From contig DIDD01000034.1 in the NCBI GenBank assembly GCA_002417965.1, positions 1-29,867 of the forward strand: a stretch of DNA of 29,867 nucleotides, written 5' to 3'. Under the pieces are notes generated by a model that did not search any database, had not been told where the DNA came from, and was given only the letters and a program-made list of their open reading frames with translations. Source of the DNA: Veillonellaceae bacterium UBA5809. GTDB lineage: Bacteria > Bacillota > Negativicutes > Veillonellales > Dialisteraceae. The position numbers were made by a program, and so were the translations under genes. Positions 1 to 7,968 of this stretch are shown here, piece after piece (position 1 is the stretch's first letter; the number at the start of each line of letters is the position of its first letter).

Positions 1-41
1 GAATATTCTGCACCTTCTTTTTATGAGAACCAGTCGAATGA

Positions 42-635
42 TTATTTGGAATAGAGTTCGACGATATAGGTTTCATTGACCTCGTCTTTGTAAGGAAGCT
101 CTTCCCGGAGGGGGAAGCGGGTCAGGACGGCTGTCCAGTTGTCAAAACTTTTTTCAATGTAAGGAAGATCAAAAGTTTTCAGTTCCTGGAATGCCTGCTT
201 GAACATATCATTGCTGCGGTATTCTTCCTTCAGGGAAATAACCTGTCCGGGACGTACAGGAAAAGAAGGAATATCAACGCGGTTGCCGTTTACAGTAATC
301 AGGCCATGATTGACCATCTGACGGGCCTGGCGGATGGAACGGGCAAATCCGGCACGGTATACCAGGTTGTCCAGGCGCGTTTCCAGAAGAAACAGCAGGT
401 TGGCGCCGGCAATGCCTTCCATTTTTCGGGCTTTATCATAATAGCGGTAGAACTGTCTTTCAAGAAGATTGTACATCGCTTTAACTTTTTGTTTTTCTGC
501 CAGCTGCTGTCCGTATTCTGACTGTTTTTTCTGACGGACATCAGACTGCTGCCGTTTTAACGCTTTCGAATGGCCGTAAATATTGATGCCAAAACGTCTG
601 CATGCCTTAAAACGGGGATTTCTGTTCGTTGCCAT
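42..635 (-). CDS. rpsD: 30S ribosomal protein S4, stand-alone zinc-ribbon-less (rpsD2-type) form, 197 aa
   Basis: S4 motifs [40 protein letters not shown] and VDIPSF; ends IVELYSK. Start moved from 647 to ATG 635 because SD GAGGTG lies 9 nt upstream. The N-terminus has only one Cys (KACRR). Confidence 0.95.
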   Translation of the reverse strand: MATNRNPRFKACRRFGINIYGHSKALKRQQSDVRQKKQSEYGQQLAEKQKVKAMYNLLERQFYRYYDKARKMEGIAGANLLFLLETRLDNLVYRAGFARSIRQARQMVNHGLITVNGNRVDIPSFPVRPGQVISLKEEYRSNDMFKQAFQELKTFDLPYIEKSFDNWTAVLTRFPLREELPYKDEVNETYIVELYSK

Positions 636-694
636 GTTATGGATCACCTCAATTTTTATTTGCTGTATCGATTTTTTGTCGATATTGCTTAATT

Positions 695-723
695 ATTTTA
701 TCAGATGATGGGATTTATGTCAA
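695..723 (-). promoter_or_regulatory. sigma-A/70 promoter of rpsD
   Basis: Minus strand: TTGACA (723-718), 17-nt spacer, TAAAAT (700-695) preceded by TGn (extended -10). Confidence 0.8.
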
Positions 724-732
724 TGAGTGAAA

Positions 733-1500
733 TTATTCCCTTTCGAAGGATTTCATGCGCTTTTTCTGGTCGGGATCGGCGAAGCAAAGGCCAAAGGCCT
801 GTGATTCATGGTAAATAGCAGTATGTATATCAGCATCACGGCCCAGATTAATACTTTCTTTTGTAAAACGGACGGCAGTCTGACCATTGGATTTTATCTC
901 TTCAGCAGTTTTTAAAACAGACGGCATCAATTCATCCGGGGAACCAACTCTGTTTACCAGGCCGATCCGGAATGCTTCTTCTGCATGAATAAAACGGGCT
1001 GTATACATTAGTTCACGGGCAATCCCGGGGGCAACGGCCCGGGCCAGACGCTGTGTTCCGCCAAAACAGGGGTTAATGCCCCATTTCACTTCGGGCTGAC
1101 CAAAACAGGCATTTTCAGAGGCATATATAAAGTCGCAGGCCAGTGCCATTTCACATCCTCCGCCCAGTGCATATCCGTTGACGGCCGCAATTACCGGCTG
1201 GGGACAGGACTCGATAAGGCCGGCTACTTTTTCACCCAGTACGGCCCATTGCCGCCCTGATTCCACATCCATTTCCGACATTTCTTTGATATCGGCACCG
1301 GCAATAAATGCCTTGTTTCCCGCACCGGTCAAAATGATGACTTTCACTGTCTGATCTTCGTGAAATCCGGTAAAGCAGCACTGCAGTTCTTTCATTAAGG
1401 CCTGATTCAGGGCATTCATGGATGCAGGACGCTGGATGGTTACAACAGCAGTGCCGTTTTGATAAGTTACACTCAGGTTTTTCCATTTTTCATTGTTCAT
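733..1500 (-). CDS. crt: Enoyl-CoA hydratase/crotonase-family protein (short-chain type), 255 aa
   Basis: FIAGADIKEM oxyanion motif; AAVNGYALGGGCEMALACD and GQPEVKWG carry both catalytic Glu. SD AGGAGG upstream of ATG 1500. Substrate cannot be fixed from sequence. Confidence 0.88.
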   Translation of the reverse strand: MNNEKWKNLSVTYQNGTAVVTIQRPASMNALNQALMKELQCCFTGFHEDQTVKVIILTGAGNKAFIAGADIKEMSEMDVESGRQWAVLGEKVAGLIESCPQPVIAAVNGYALGGGCEMALACDFIYASENACFGQPEVKWGINPCFGGTQRLARAVAPGIARELMYTARFIHAEEAFRIGLVNRVGSPDELMPSVLKTAEEIKSNGQTAVRFTKESINLGRDADIHTAIYHESQAFGLCFADPDQKKRMKSFERE

Positions 1501-1628
1501 GGTTGACATTCCTCCTGTCATATCAGTAAAAGACATCCGGACTGCAGGTCATAAGATCCGGCATGTTTTAAAAGCGGTTTCTGCCTTCATGAAAGTATGG
1601 GCGGAGACCTGCTGGGCGATCTTCTCCC

Positions 1629-1657
1629 ATTATACAGCCATACGGAACTTCTTTCAG
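1629..1657 (-). promoter_or_regulatory. Candidate promoter of the crotonase gene
   Basis: Minus strand: CTGAAA (1657-1652), 17 nt, TATAAT (1634-1629). Confidence 0.45.
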
Positions 1658-1675
1658 AAAATTTTGGTATGGCCG

Positions 1676-3796
1676 CTACCGCAGAACGGAAGGAAGATTC
1701 TCATCCTTGAGAACCCAGCCAAAGCATATGGTGCGGTTATCTTTTTTCATTGTATGAATGCCGTGGACCTCAGGACAGAGTCCGGGAAGTTCATTCATGC
1801 AGTCTTCCAGGGAGAGAAAGTAATCACGGGCGGTTTCTGTCCATCTTTCGCCAGGAACAATACAGAAAATGCCGGGAGGATAGGCAAGAGCTCCTTCCAG
1901 CGCAATACGTCCGGCAATCTGACTGATGGGGACTCTTTCCATATTTCCGCGGATAAATTCTTCATTGGCATCACGGGCATTCATGGCTGTTGCTGGGAAA
2001 AAGCGGCGTAGGAAAAGATGCTGCTGGATACGGTTTACAGAGCGTCTGCGGAAAAATTCATGTTGTTTCATGCAGAGGTCACGCAGTTTCATGCCGCTGT
2101 AGGTGCGGGGGTACAGCCGTACCAGCCAGGGAAGCACTTTTTCAATGGGAGGATTGGCATCCAAGGCTGTTTCAAAGTCTTCCAGATCCCTGACAAGACG
2201 TTCCATTTTATCGGGAGTATCTCCCGGCGTGACCAGAAACAGGATGGAGTAAAGATCACATTTCTCTGGGGTCATCTGCCTTTCCTGAAGGTATTTGGAC
2301 AGGATCATGGAGGGAACTCCAAAATCTTTGTATTCCCATGTGCCCAGATCAATTCCTGTTGTAAACAGAAGCAGCTTACAGGGATCCAGATAATATTGTT
2401 TTTCTGCGATTCCCTCAAATCCATGCCAGTTGCGTTCCGGGGAAATCTCAAAAAAACGGGCATCATTGGACATTTCAGTGGTATCGAATGATTCCCAGGG
2501 CTTTCCGTCAATGGTGGGGGGGACAAAAGGCCTGATGTACCGGCATCGCCGGAGAATTTCCTTCCGCACATCAATTACCATGCGGACTGTATTTTTCCAC
2601 ATGATTTTCCCCCGTTCTCCTTCGTGAAGTTTGGCATTCATTTCCAGAGAGGCAAAGAGGGGATAGCAGGGGGAGGTAGAGGCATTCATTAAGAACGCAT
2701 TATTAAATACGGCATGTCTTACGTATCTGGACTGCCCTTTTAAATTATAATCTTTTTTGTGGATTTGCGAGACCTGTGAGAAACCGGCCAACTGTTTGTG
2801 AACAGACTGGGTGACAAGAATTCCGGGATCTTTTTTGGTGAGTGACAGCAGAAGGGGGCTGGTGTCCCTGATCATGGGGATGAACTGTTCATAGCCGACC
2901 CATGCAGAGTCAAAAAGAATATAGTCGCACAGATGTCCAATCCGGCTTACAATATGACGGGCATTGGCCAAAATACCGTCATAAGTGCCAAGCTGGAGAC
3001 ATATGAGCCGGAAGGGACGTTCTTCATTTTCTCTCCCCGGTGCGGTTTCTGCAATTCTTGCACGGATATAATCTTCATCCAGGCAGTGATCCATGATTCC
3101 TCCGATAAATCCGTAAGGATTTCGGGTTGTTTCCAGATATATGGGGGTGGCGCCGGCCTGAATCAGAGCACCCTGGTGAACGGATTTGTGATTGTTGCGG
3201 TCAAAGAGAACAAGATCACCCGGGGACAGGAGGGCTGTACAGCAGATCTTATTGGAGGCAGAAGTTCCGTTCAGTACAAAATAGGTTTGGTCTGCATGAA
3301 AGACTTTGGCGGCGAACTGTTCTCCCTGAAGCGGATATCCCTCGTGTGTCAAAGGGTCGCCCATTTTGGTGTCGGAAGATGAAACATCTGATTTGAAGAT
3401 GTTGGGACCAAAAAAATCATAAAAGATACGTCCTCCGGGAGTCCGACGAAAAAATTGGCCGCCGTGATGCCCCGGTGTCGCCAGGGATGTCTGCTGTCCT
3501 CCGATATAATCCATCAGGGCAGATACAAAGGGCGGCAGAAGGGTTTTCTGATAAGCCTCGGATACCAGGTCTATATATCGGTATAAGTCTGACCGGTGCT
3601 GCTCAATGACGATCACAGGGAGCTTCAGTCCTGCTGCTTTTACAGTTTTGTTCCAAAAAGAGGACTGGGCTTCATCGGTAACAAGGGCAGCTACGTCCAT
3701 TAAGTTCACAGTTTCCGCTTCTAGAATGGAACGGTTCTGATAATCACTGAGAAAGGGAAACGCATTTTGTGATGCGGCAATAGGCAATGGTCTCAT
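1676..3796 (-). CDS. speC: PLP-dependent ornithine decarboxylase (SpeC/SpeF type, Orn/Lys/Arg decarboxylase family), 706 aa
   Basis: PGHHGG, YFVLNGTSASNK, DRNNHKSVH, FDSAWVGY, PLP-lysine motif TQSVHKQLAGFSQ, STSP and C-terminal AYPPGI. The N-terminus resembles SpeC (IAAS...DVAA). SD AGGAGG 5 nt before ATG 3796. SpeC versus SpeF is not resolvable. Confidence 0.88.
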   Translation of the reverse strand: MRPLPIAASQNAFPFLSDYQNRSILEAETVNLMDVAALVTDEAQSSFWNKTVKAAGLKLPVIVIEQHRSDLYRYIDLVSEAYQKTLLPPFVSALMDYIGGQQTSLATPGHHGGQFFRRTPGGRIFYDFFGPNIFKSDVSSSDTKMGDPLTHEGYPLQGEQFAAKVFHADQTYFVLNGTSASNKICCTALLSPGDLVLFDRNNHKSVHQGALIQAGATPIYLETTRNPYGFIGGIMDHCLDEDYIRARIAETAPGRENEERPFRLICLQLGTYDGILANARHIVSRIGHLCDYILFDSAWVGYEQFIPMIRDTSPLLLSLTKKDPGILVTQSVHKQLAGFSQVSQIHKKDYNLKGQSRYVRHAVFNNAFLMNASTSPCYPLFASLEMNAKLHEGERGKIMWKNTVRMVIDVRKEILRRCRYIRPFVPPTIDGKPWESFDTTEMSNDARFFEISPERNWHGFEGIAEKQYYLDPCKLLLFTTGIDLGTWEYKDFGVPSMILSKYLQERQMTPEKCDLYSILFLVTPGDTPDKMERLVRDLEDFETALDANPPIEKVLPWLVRLYPRTYSGMKLRDLCMKQHEFFRRRSVNRIQQHLFLRRFFPATAMNARDANEEFIRGNMERVPISQIAGRIALEGALAYPPGIFCIVPGERWTETARDYFLSLEDCMNELPGLCPEVHGIHTMKKDNRTICFGWVLKDENLPSVLR

Positions 3797-3837
3797 ATCA
3801 GCCTCCTGTATTTTCATTTATTTTTATAATGGGCTTT

Positions 3838-3866
3838 AGTGTACTACGCTGTTTTTAAAAATGCAA
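3838..3866 (-). promoter_or_regulatory. Candidate promoter of the decarboxylase gene
   Basis: Minus strand: TTGCAT (3866-3861), 17 nt, TACACT (3843-3838). Weak match to consensus. Confidence 0.35.
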
Positions 3867-3917
3867 CAGGCGGAGCAGACTAAAAAATACCGGCCGGTAC
3901 AGACTGCAGGCGGGCGG

Positions 3918-3946
3918 TTGAGATTCTCTTCCCTATGTGATAAAAT
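3918..3946 (+). promoter_or_regulatory. sigma-A/70 promoter of the scpA operon
   Basis: TTGAGA (3918-3923), 17 nt, TAAAAT (3941-3946) with TG at 3938-3939 (extended -10). Confidence 0.7.
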
Positions 3947-4032
3947 TAGGCAAATCAGAAATAGCCGTCTGCCCGTTGCCGGCCGGATTGAAAATCGATT
4001 TTATGACAGAGAGTACAGGGTATATCTCCAGG

Positions 4033-4055
4033 CGCGGCATGGCCGCGTTTTTTTT
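4033..4055 (+). terminator. Intrinsic terminator-like hairpin in the scpA leader
   Basis: CGCGGC-ATG-GCCGCG followed by 8 T, ending 15 nt before the scpA ATG. Confidence 0.7.
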
Positions 4056-4070
4056 ATCCATAGGAGGACC

Positions 4071-4793
4071 ATGGACATTTTTGATGATACAGGAGATTAT
4101 GAAATTTCCCTTCCCGTTTTTGAGGGGCCGATGGATCTGCTTCTTCATCTGGTGGAAAAGAACAGAGTTGATATTCATGATATTCCTATTCATAAAATAA
4201 CGGATCAATATCTGGCGTACATGAATCAGGCGAGAAAGTTTGATCTGGCGCTGGGCAGCAGTTTTTTTCTTATGGCGGCGACACTGCTTTTGATCAAGTC
4301 CCGCATGCTGCTTCCGGTGAGATCTCAGGACAGCGGCGATGAATCAGAAGATCCGAGGCGGGAATTGTCGCGTTCTTTGGAGGAGTTCCGTGCAGTTAAA
4401 AAGATAAAATTAGAATTGGAAAAATTAATGGAAGCGGAGCGGCCTTACAGAAAACGTGAGCCCGGTGAGGTGAAGTCCGGGATCTTTGACAGGCCTATTT
4501 CAGCTGAACGGCTTATGGCGTTTTTCGGAGCTTTATGGAAAAAAGAAGGACGGGAACAAAAGGAACAAGTTTTTGAGGCAGAAGAAGTATCTCTGGAGGA
4601 CCGCCTGAAACTGCTCCGGTCCTGGCTGGGACAATGCAGAGAGGGAATCCTGCTGAAACAGTTTTTTCTCAGTCAGCATACACGGATGGAACTGGCGGTA
4701 TCATTGGTGGCAGTACTGGAGACTGTACGTACTGGTGAAGCAGTTCTGTATGAGTCAATGGAAGGACTTTCTATCAGGAGGGATTGTTTATGA
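4071..4793 (+). CDS. scpA: Segregation and condensation protein A (kleisin), 240 aa
   Basis: FEGPMDLLLHLV, ITDQYL, FFLMAATLLLIKSRMLLP and EDPR motifs. SD AGGAGG before ATG 4071; the ORF-track start at 3861 runs through the promoter and leader. Confidence 0.93.
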   Translation: MDIFDDTGDYEISLPVFEGPMDLLLHLVEKNRVDIHDIPIHKITDQYLAYMNQARKFDLALGSSFFLMAATLLLIKSRMLLPVRSQDSGDESEDPRRELSRSLEEFRAVKKIKLELEKLMEAERPYRKREPGEVKSGIFDRPISAERLMAFFGALWKKEGREQKEQVFEAEEVSLEDRLKLLRSWLGQCREGILLKQFFLSQHTRMELAVSLVAVLETVRTGEAVLYESMEGLSIRRDCL

Positions 4794-5323
4794 GTCTGCC
4801 CCGTTTGGCAGCATCACTGGAGGCGCTTCTTTTTGTCAGGGGCAATCCTTTGACGCTGGAAGAACTGTCCGGGCTTTTAAAAACCGGAAGCGCGGAAGTA
4901 GAAGCGGCATTATCCGAACTGGAGAAAAAATACAGCAGCGAAAATTCAGGTATTACAGTGCACTGCAGCGGCGGTCGCTGGTGCCTGGCCACGAAGCCTG
5001 AATATGACGGATGGATTTCGTCGGTCCTGGGACGGTCGGCGCCGCTGTCCCCTGCCGCTTTGGAGACGCTGGCGGTTATTGCATGCAAGGAGCCGGTGAC
5101 CCGTTCGGAGATTGAACAGGTCAGGGGTGTTTCCGCGGACCGTGTACTTGCTTCCCTGATGGAGAAAGGCTTAATTGAAGAGCGGGGGCGGATGGATATA
5201 CCGGGGAAACCAATATTATATGGAACAACAGCTTTGTTTTTAAAGGATACAGGTCTTTCCAGTGTGGAAGAATTGAAAACACGCTGTATGAATGAGATAA
5301 CCAAGGAGGAAAGTTTATTTTGA
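4790..5323 (+). CDS. scpB: SMC-Scp complex subunit ScpB, 177 aa
   Basis: LEALLF, LSPAALETLAVIA..EPVTRSEIEQVRGV, GRMDIPGKPILYGTTALFL. ATGA overlap with the scpA stop. Confidence 0.95.
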   Translation: MSLPRLAASLEALLFVRGNPLTLEELSGLLKTGSAEVEAALSELEKKYSSENSGITVHCSGGRWCLATKPEYDGWISSVLGRSAPLSPAALETLAVIACKEPVTRSEIEQVRGVSADRVLASLMEKGLIEERGRMDIPGKPILYGTTALFLKDTGLSSVEELKTRCMNEITKEESLF

Positions 5324-6045
5324 CAGAGCGTCTGCAGAAAATATTGAGCCGATGCGGAATCTGTTCACGCCGAAAGGCGGAGGAACTGATTTTGCAGGGA
5401 CGTGTGAAGGTGAACGGATCAGCGGAAAGGACACTGGGGAGTACGGCGGATCTGGAACGAGACCGCATTGAGGTTGACGGAAGACCTCTGCGGAGAGAAC
5501 GGAAAAGGTACTTTTTATTTTATAAACCGGACAGAGTTATTACCTCATCGGATGATCCGCAGGGACGGCGTACCGTGATGGACTTTTTCGGATCAGTCAG
5601 GGAACGTATTTTTCCGGTGGGACGTCTTGATTATCATACCGAAGGGCTTCTTCTCATGACTAATGACGGCAAACTTGATGAATGGCTGACTCATCCCAGG
5701 GGAGAAGTAAAGAAGGTTTATGAGGTGGAAGTCCGGGGACGTCTGTCAGAAAGACTGGCAGCTCAGATTGGGCGGGGTGTCAGGCTTGAGGATGGAAAAA
5801 CAGCGCCGTGCGGAGTTGAAGTTCTTGCATATGATGAAGCAAGAAACCGTACATTTTTAAGAATGACGCTCCATGAGGGCAAAAACAGGGAAATAAGAAG
5901 AATAATGGCTCACTTTCACTATCCGGTTTTTTCATTAAAACGGACGCAGTACAGTTTTTTGACGGCAGACAGGTTGAAAAAAGGAACATTCCGGGCGCTC
6001 ACATCCGAGGAGGTTAAGAAATTATATGCAAATCCGCAGGAATGA
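5320..6045 (+). CDS. rluB: 23S rRNA pseudouridine synthase (RluB/RsuA family)
   Basis: S4-like ERLQKILSRCGICSRRKAEELI and catalytic PVGRLDYHTEGLLLMTNDG, EGKNREIRR. TTG start overlaps the scpB stop. Position after scpB is typical. Confidence 0.9.
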   Translation: MTERLQKILSRCGICSRRKAEELILQGRVKVNGSAERTLGSTADLERDRIEVDGRPLRRERKRYFLFYKPDRVITSSDDPQGRRTVMDFFGSVRERIFPVGRLDYHTEGLLLMTNDGKLDEWLTHPRGEVKKVYEVEVRGRLSERLAAQIGRGVRLEDGKTAPCGVEVLAYDEARNRTFLRMTLHEGKNREIRRIMAHFHYPVFSLKRTQYSFLTADRLKKGTFRALTSEEVKKLYANPQE

Positions 6046-7300
6046 TACATTAAAGCCCATTGCCGTTATTGGAGGCGGGGCTGCGGGGCTGCTGGCGGCT
6101 GTTACGGCTGCACAGGAGGGAAGAAAGGTTCTCTTGTTTGAAAAGATGGACCGCATAGGGCTGAAGATGGGAATCACGGGAAAAGGAAGATGCAATCTGA
6201 CCAATATATGCCCTATTGATGAATTTATCGGGAAGACACCTGGAAACGGACGGTTCCTGTACAGTGCTTATAAGCGGTTCGATAATCAGGATTTGATAGA
6301 GCTTTTGAACCAGTGGGGGATTGAGACTGTTTCGGAAAGAGGAGGACGGGTATTTCCCAAAAGTCAAAGTGCGCAGGAGGTCCGCCGGGTATTTTTAAAA
6401 AAACTGGAAGAGTATGGAGTCGGTCTGCATTTATCAGAACCGGTTGTTTCCATTCAGACCGGGCAGTCAGCTATTGATGCTGTTGTCACAGAAAAGCGGA
6501 AGTATCCGGTCAGTGCGTGCATTTTGGCGACAGGCGGCAAATCTTATCCGCGGACAGGATCCACGGGAGACGGATACCGTATGGCATTTCAGATGGGGCA
6601 TACGGTGACTCCCCTCAGGCCTTCCCTGATACCGCTTGTATGCAGAGAGGCCTATTGCAAAGAACTGCAGGGGCTGTCACTGAAAAATGTTCTTTTTTCT
6701 GTTTATTCGAATGACGGCGAAAAAGAGGAACGTTTCGGTGAAATGATTTTCACCCATTTTGGCGTATCCGGGCCAATTGTGCTGTCGCTCAGCGACCGTG
6801 TTTCGGCTTTTCTTGCAGCTGGTCATTCTGTCACGGCTTCTATTAACTTAAAGCCGGCCCTTCAGGAGGAAATACTGGATAAAAGAGTTCTTCGTGATCT
6901 GGCCAAATTTCACATGAAACAGATGGGGAATGCTCTTCAGGAACTGCTTCCCCACAGGCTGATCCAGGTTGTGTTGGACCTGGCGGATATTCCGCCGGAT
7001 TTTCCTGCTTCTGATTTGACAAAACAAAAAAGGAGCGATCTGGTTAGAATTATTCAGCATATGCCGCTTACGGTAACGGGAACCAGGCCTATTGAAGAAG
7101 CCATTGTGACAGCAGGCGGAGTCAGTGTTAATGAAATTAATTCATCTACTATGGAGTCAAAGTTAATTCGGGGATTGTATTTCGCCGGCGAAGTCATTGA
7201 TATTCATGCTTTTACCGGCGGATTCAATCTGCAGGCCGCATTTTCAACAGGATATACAGCGGCGGTTCATGCAGCGGAAGGGAATGGTGCAGATGCATAG
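6026..7300 (+). CDS. HI0933/YhiN-family NAD(P)/FAD-dependent flavoprotein
   Basis: VIGGGAAG, TGKGRCNLTN, GRVFP, ATGGKSYPRTGSTGDGY, FTHFGVSGP, TAGGV, GEVIDIHAFTGGFNLQAAFSTG. Confidence 0.92.
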   Translation: MQIRRNDTLKPIAVIGGGAAGLLAAVTAAQEGRKVLLFEKMDRIGLKMGITGKGRCNLTNICPIDEFIGKTPGNGRFLYSAYKRFDNQDLIELLNQWGIETVSERGGRVFPKSQSAQEVRRVFLKKLEEYGVGLHLSEPVVSIQTGQSAIDAVVTEKRKYPVSACILATGGKSYPRTGSTGDGYRMAFQMGHTVTPLRPSLIPLVCREAYCKELQGLSLKNVLFSVYSNDGEKEERFGEMIFTHFGVSGPIVLSLSDRVSAFLAAGHSVTASINLKPALQEEILDKRVLRDLAKFHMKQMGNALQELLPHRLIQVVLDLADIPPDFPASDLTKQKRSDLVRIIQHMPLTVTGTRPIEEAIVTAGGVSVNEINSSTMESKLIRGLYFAGEVIDIHAFTGGFNLQAAFSTGYTAAVHAAEGNGADA

Positions 7301-7967
7301 GCTCAGCGTCGCTATAGACGGACCGGCAGGTGCGGGGAAAAGCAGTGTGGCCCGCATGCTCGCGGCACAGCTCGGATATATTTATCTTGATACGGGGGCT
7401 ATGTATCGTGCGATCACTTATGAAGCATTGAGAAAAGGGTTGTCTGAAAAAGATCCCAAAGCTGTTTCAGAGATGGCAGAGCACATGAATATGAAAGTTG
7501 CAGAGGGCGCACAGGGAATGGAAATTTTTCTGGACGGGAATAATGTTACGCCTTTTTTGCGTACAGAGGAGGTTTCCCGTCATGTATCGCCTGTTTCTGC
7601 CATTCCCCGTGTCCGTGAAATATTGGTTGCTGTACAGAGAAAATTGTCTGAGGGTGGCGGCGTGGTTCTTGACGGACGGGATATAGGTACAGTGGTTCTT
7701 CCCGGCGCTGACGTAAAAGTTTTTTTGACAGCCTCAGCGGAAGAACGTGCCAAAAGACGGTTCAGGGAACTGAAAGGGACTCCTGAAGAGAGGCCCTTTT
7801 CTTCCATCTGTGACAATATCCGGCGCCGTGATGCCATTGATGCGGGACGGGCGGTCTCGCCGCTGCGGGCTGCAGCGGATGCGGTTCTCATTGACAACAG
7901 TTCCATGACACTGGAAGAAACTGCGGAGGCAATTGCTGTTTTGTGCAGGCGTGTACAGGAGGCGTAG
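7293..7967 (+). CDS. cmk: Cytidylate kinase
   Basis: AIDGPAGAGKS, YLDTGAMYRA, VLDGRDIGTVVLP, KVFLTASAEERAKRR, RDAID..R..SPL. Start set at ATG 7293, overlapping the upstream stop. Confidence 0.96.
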   Translation: MHRLSVAIDGPAGAGKSSVARMLAAQLGYIYLDTGAMYRAITYEALRKGLSEKDPKAVSEMAEHMNMKVAEGAQGMEIFLDGNNVTPFLRTEEVSRHVSPVSAIPRVREILVAVQRKLSEGGGVVLDGRDIGTVVLPGADVKVFLTASAEERAKRRFRELKGTPEERPFSSICDNIRRRDAIDAGRAVSPLRAAADAVLIDNSSMTLEETAEAIAVLCRRVQEA

Positions 7968-7968
7968 C

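Noticed and set aside
1604-1627. GGAGA/UCUCC helix as a riboswitch P1 in the crotonase leader
   Set aside because: The 5' strand (1627-1623) falls between the candidate -10 and +1, so it would not be transcribed from that promoter; no known aptamer consensus.
1493-3396. Plus-strand ORFs of 65-172 aa opposite the decarboxylase (1493..2011, 2018..2491, 2933..3382 and others)
   Set aside because: Antisense shadows of a well-supported gene, with no motifs or SD.
4000-4035. Minus-strand CTGGAGATATACCC resembling the TPP riboswitch CUGAGA..AUACCC segment
   Set aside because: The 5' GGGGUGC and 3' CUGAU...GUAGGGAA elements are absent, and it lies upstream of the candidate decarboxylase promoter.
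3953-4055. T-box leader (trpS often precedes scpA)
   Set aside because: No GGTGGNACCGCG T-box sequence, too short for stem I, and no synthetase gene follows.
3861-4070. 70-aa N-terminal extension of ScpA in the ORF track
   Set aside because: It runs through the promoter and terminator; a strong SD supports ATG 4071 and ScpA similarity starts there.
3937-4200. Hydrophobic 87-aa ORF overlapping the leader and scpA, as a possible leader peptide or toxin
   Set aside because: Its start lies inside the -10 element, the internal ATG at 4003 has no SD, and the hydrophobicity is explained by an alternative frame of AT-rich scpA codons.
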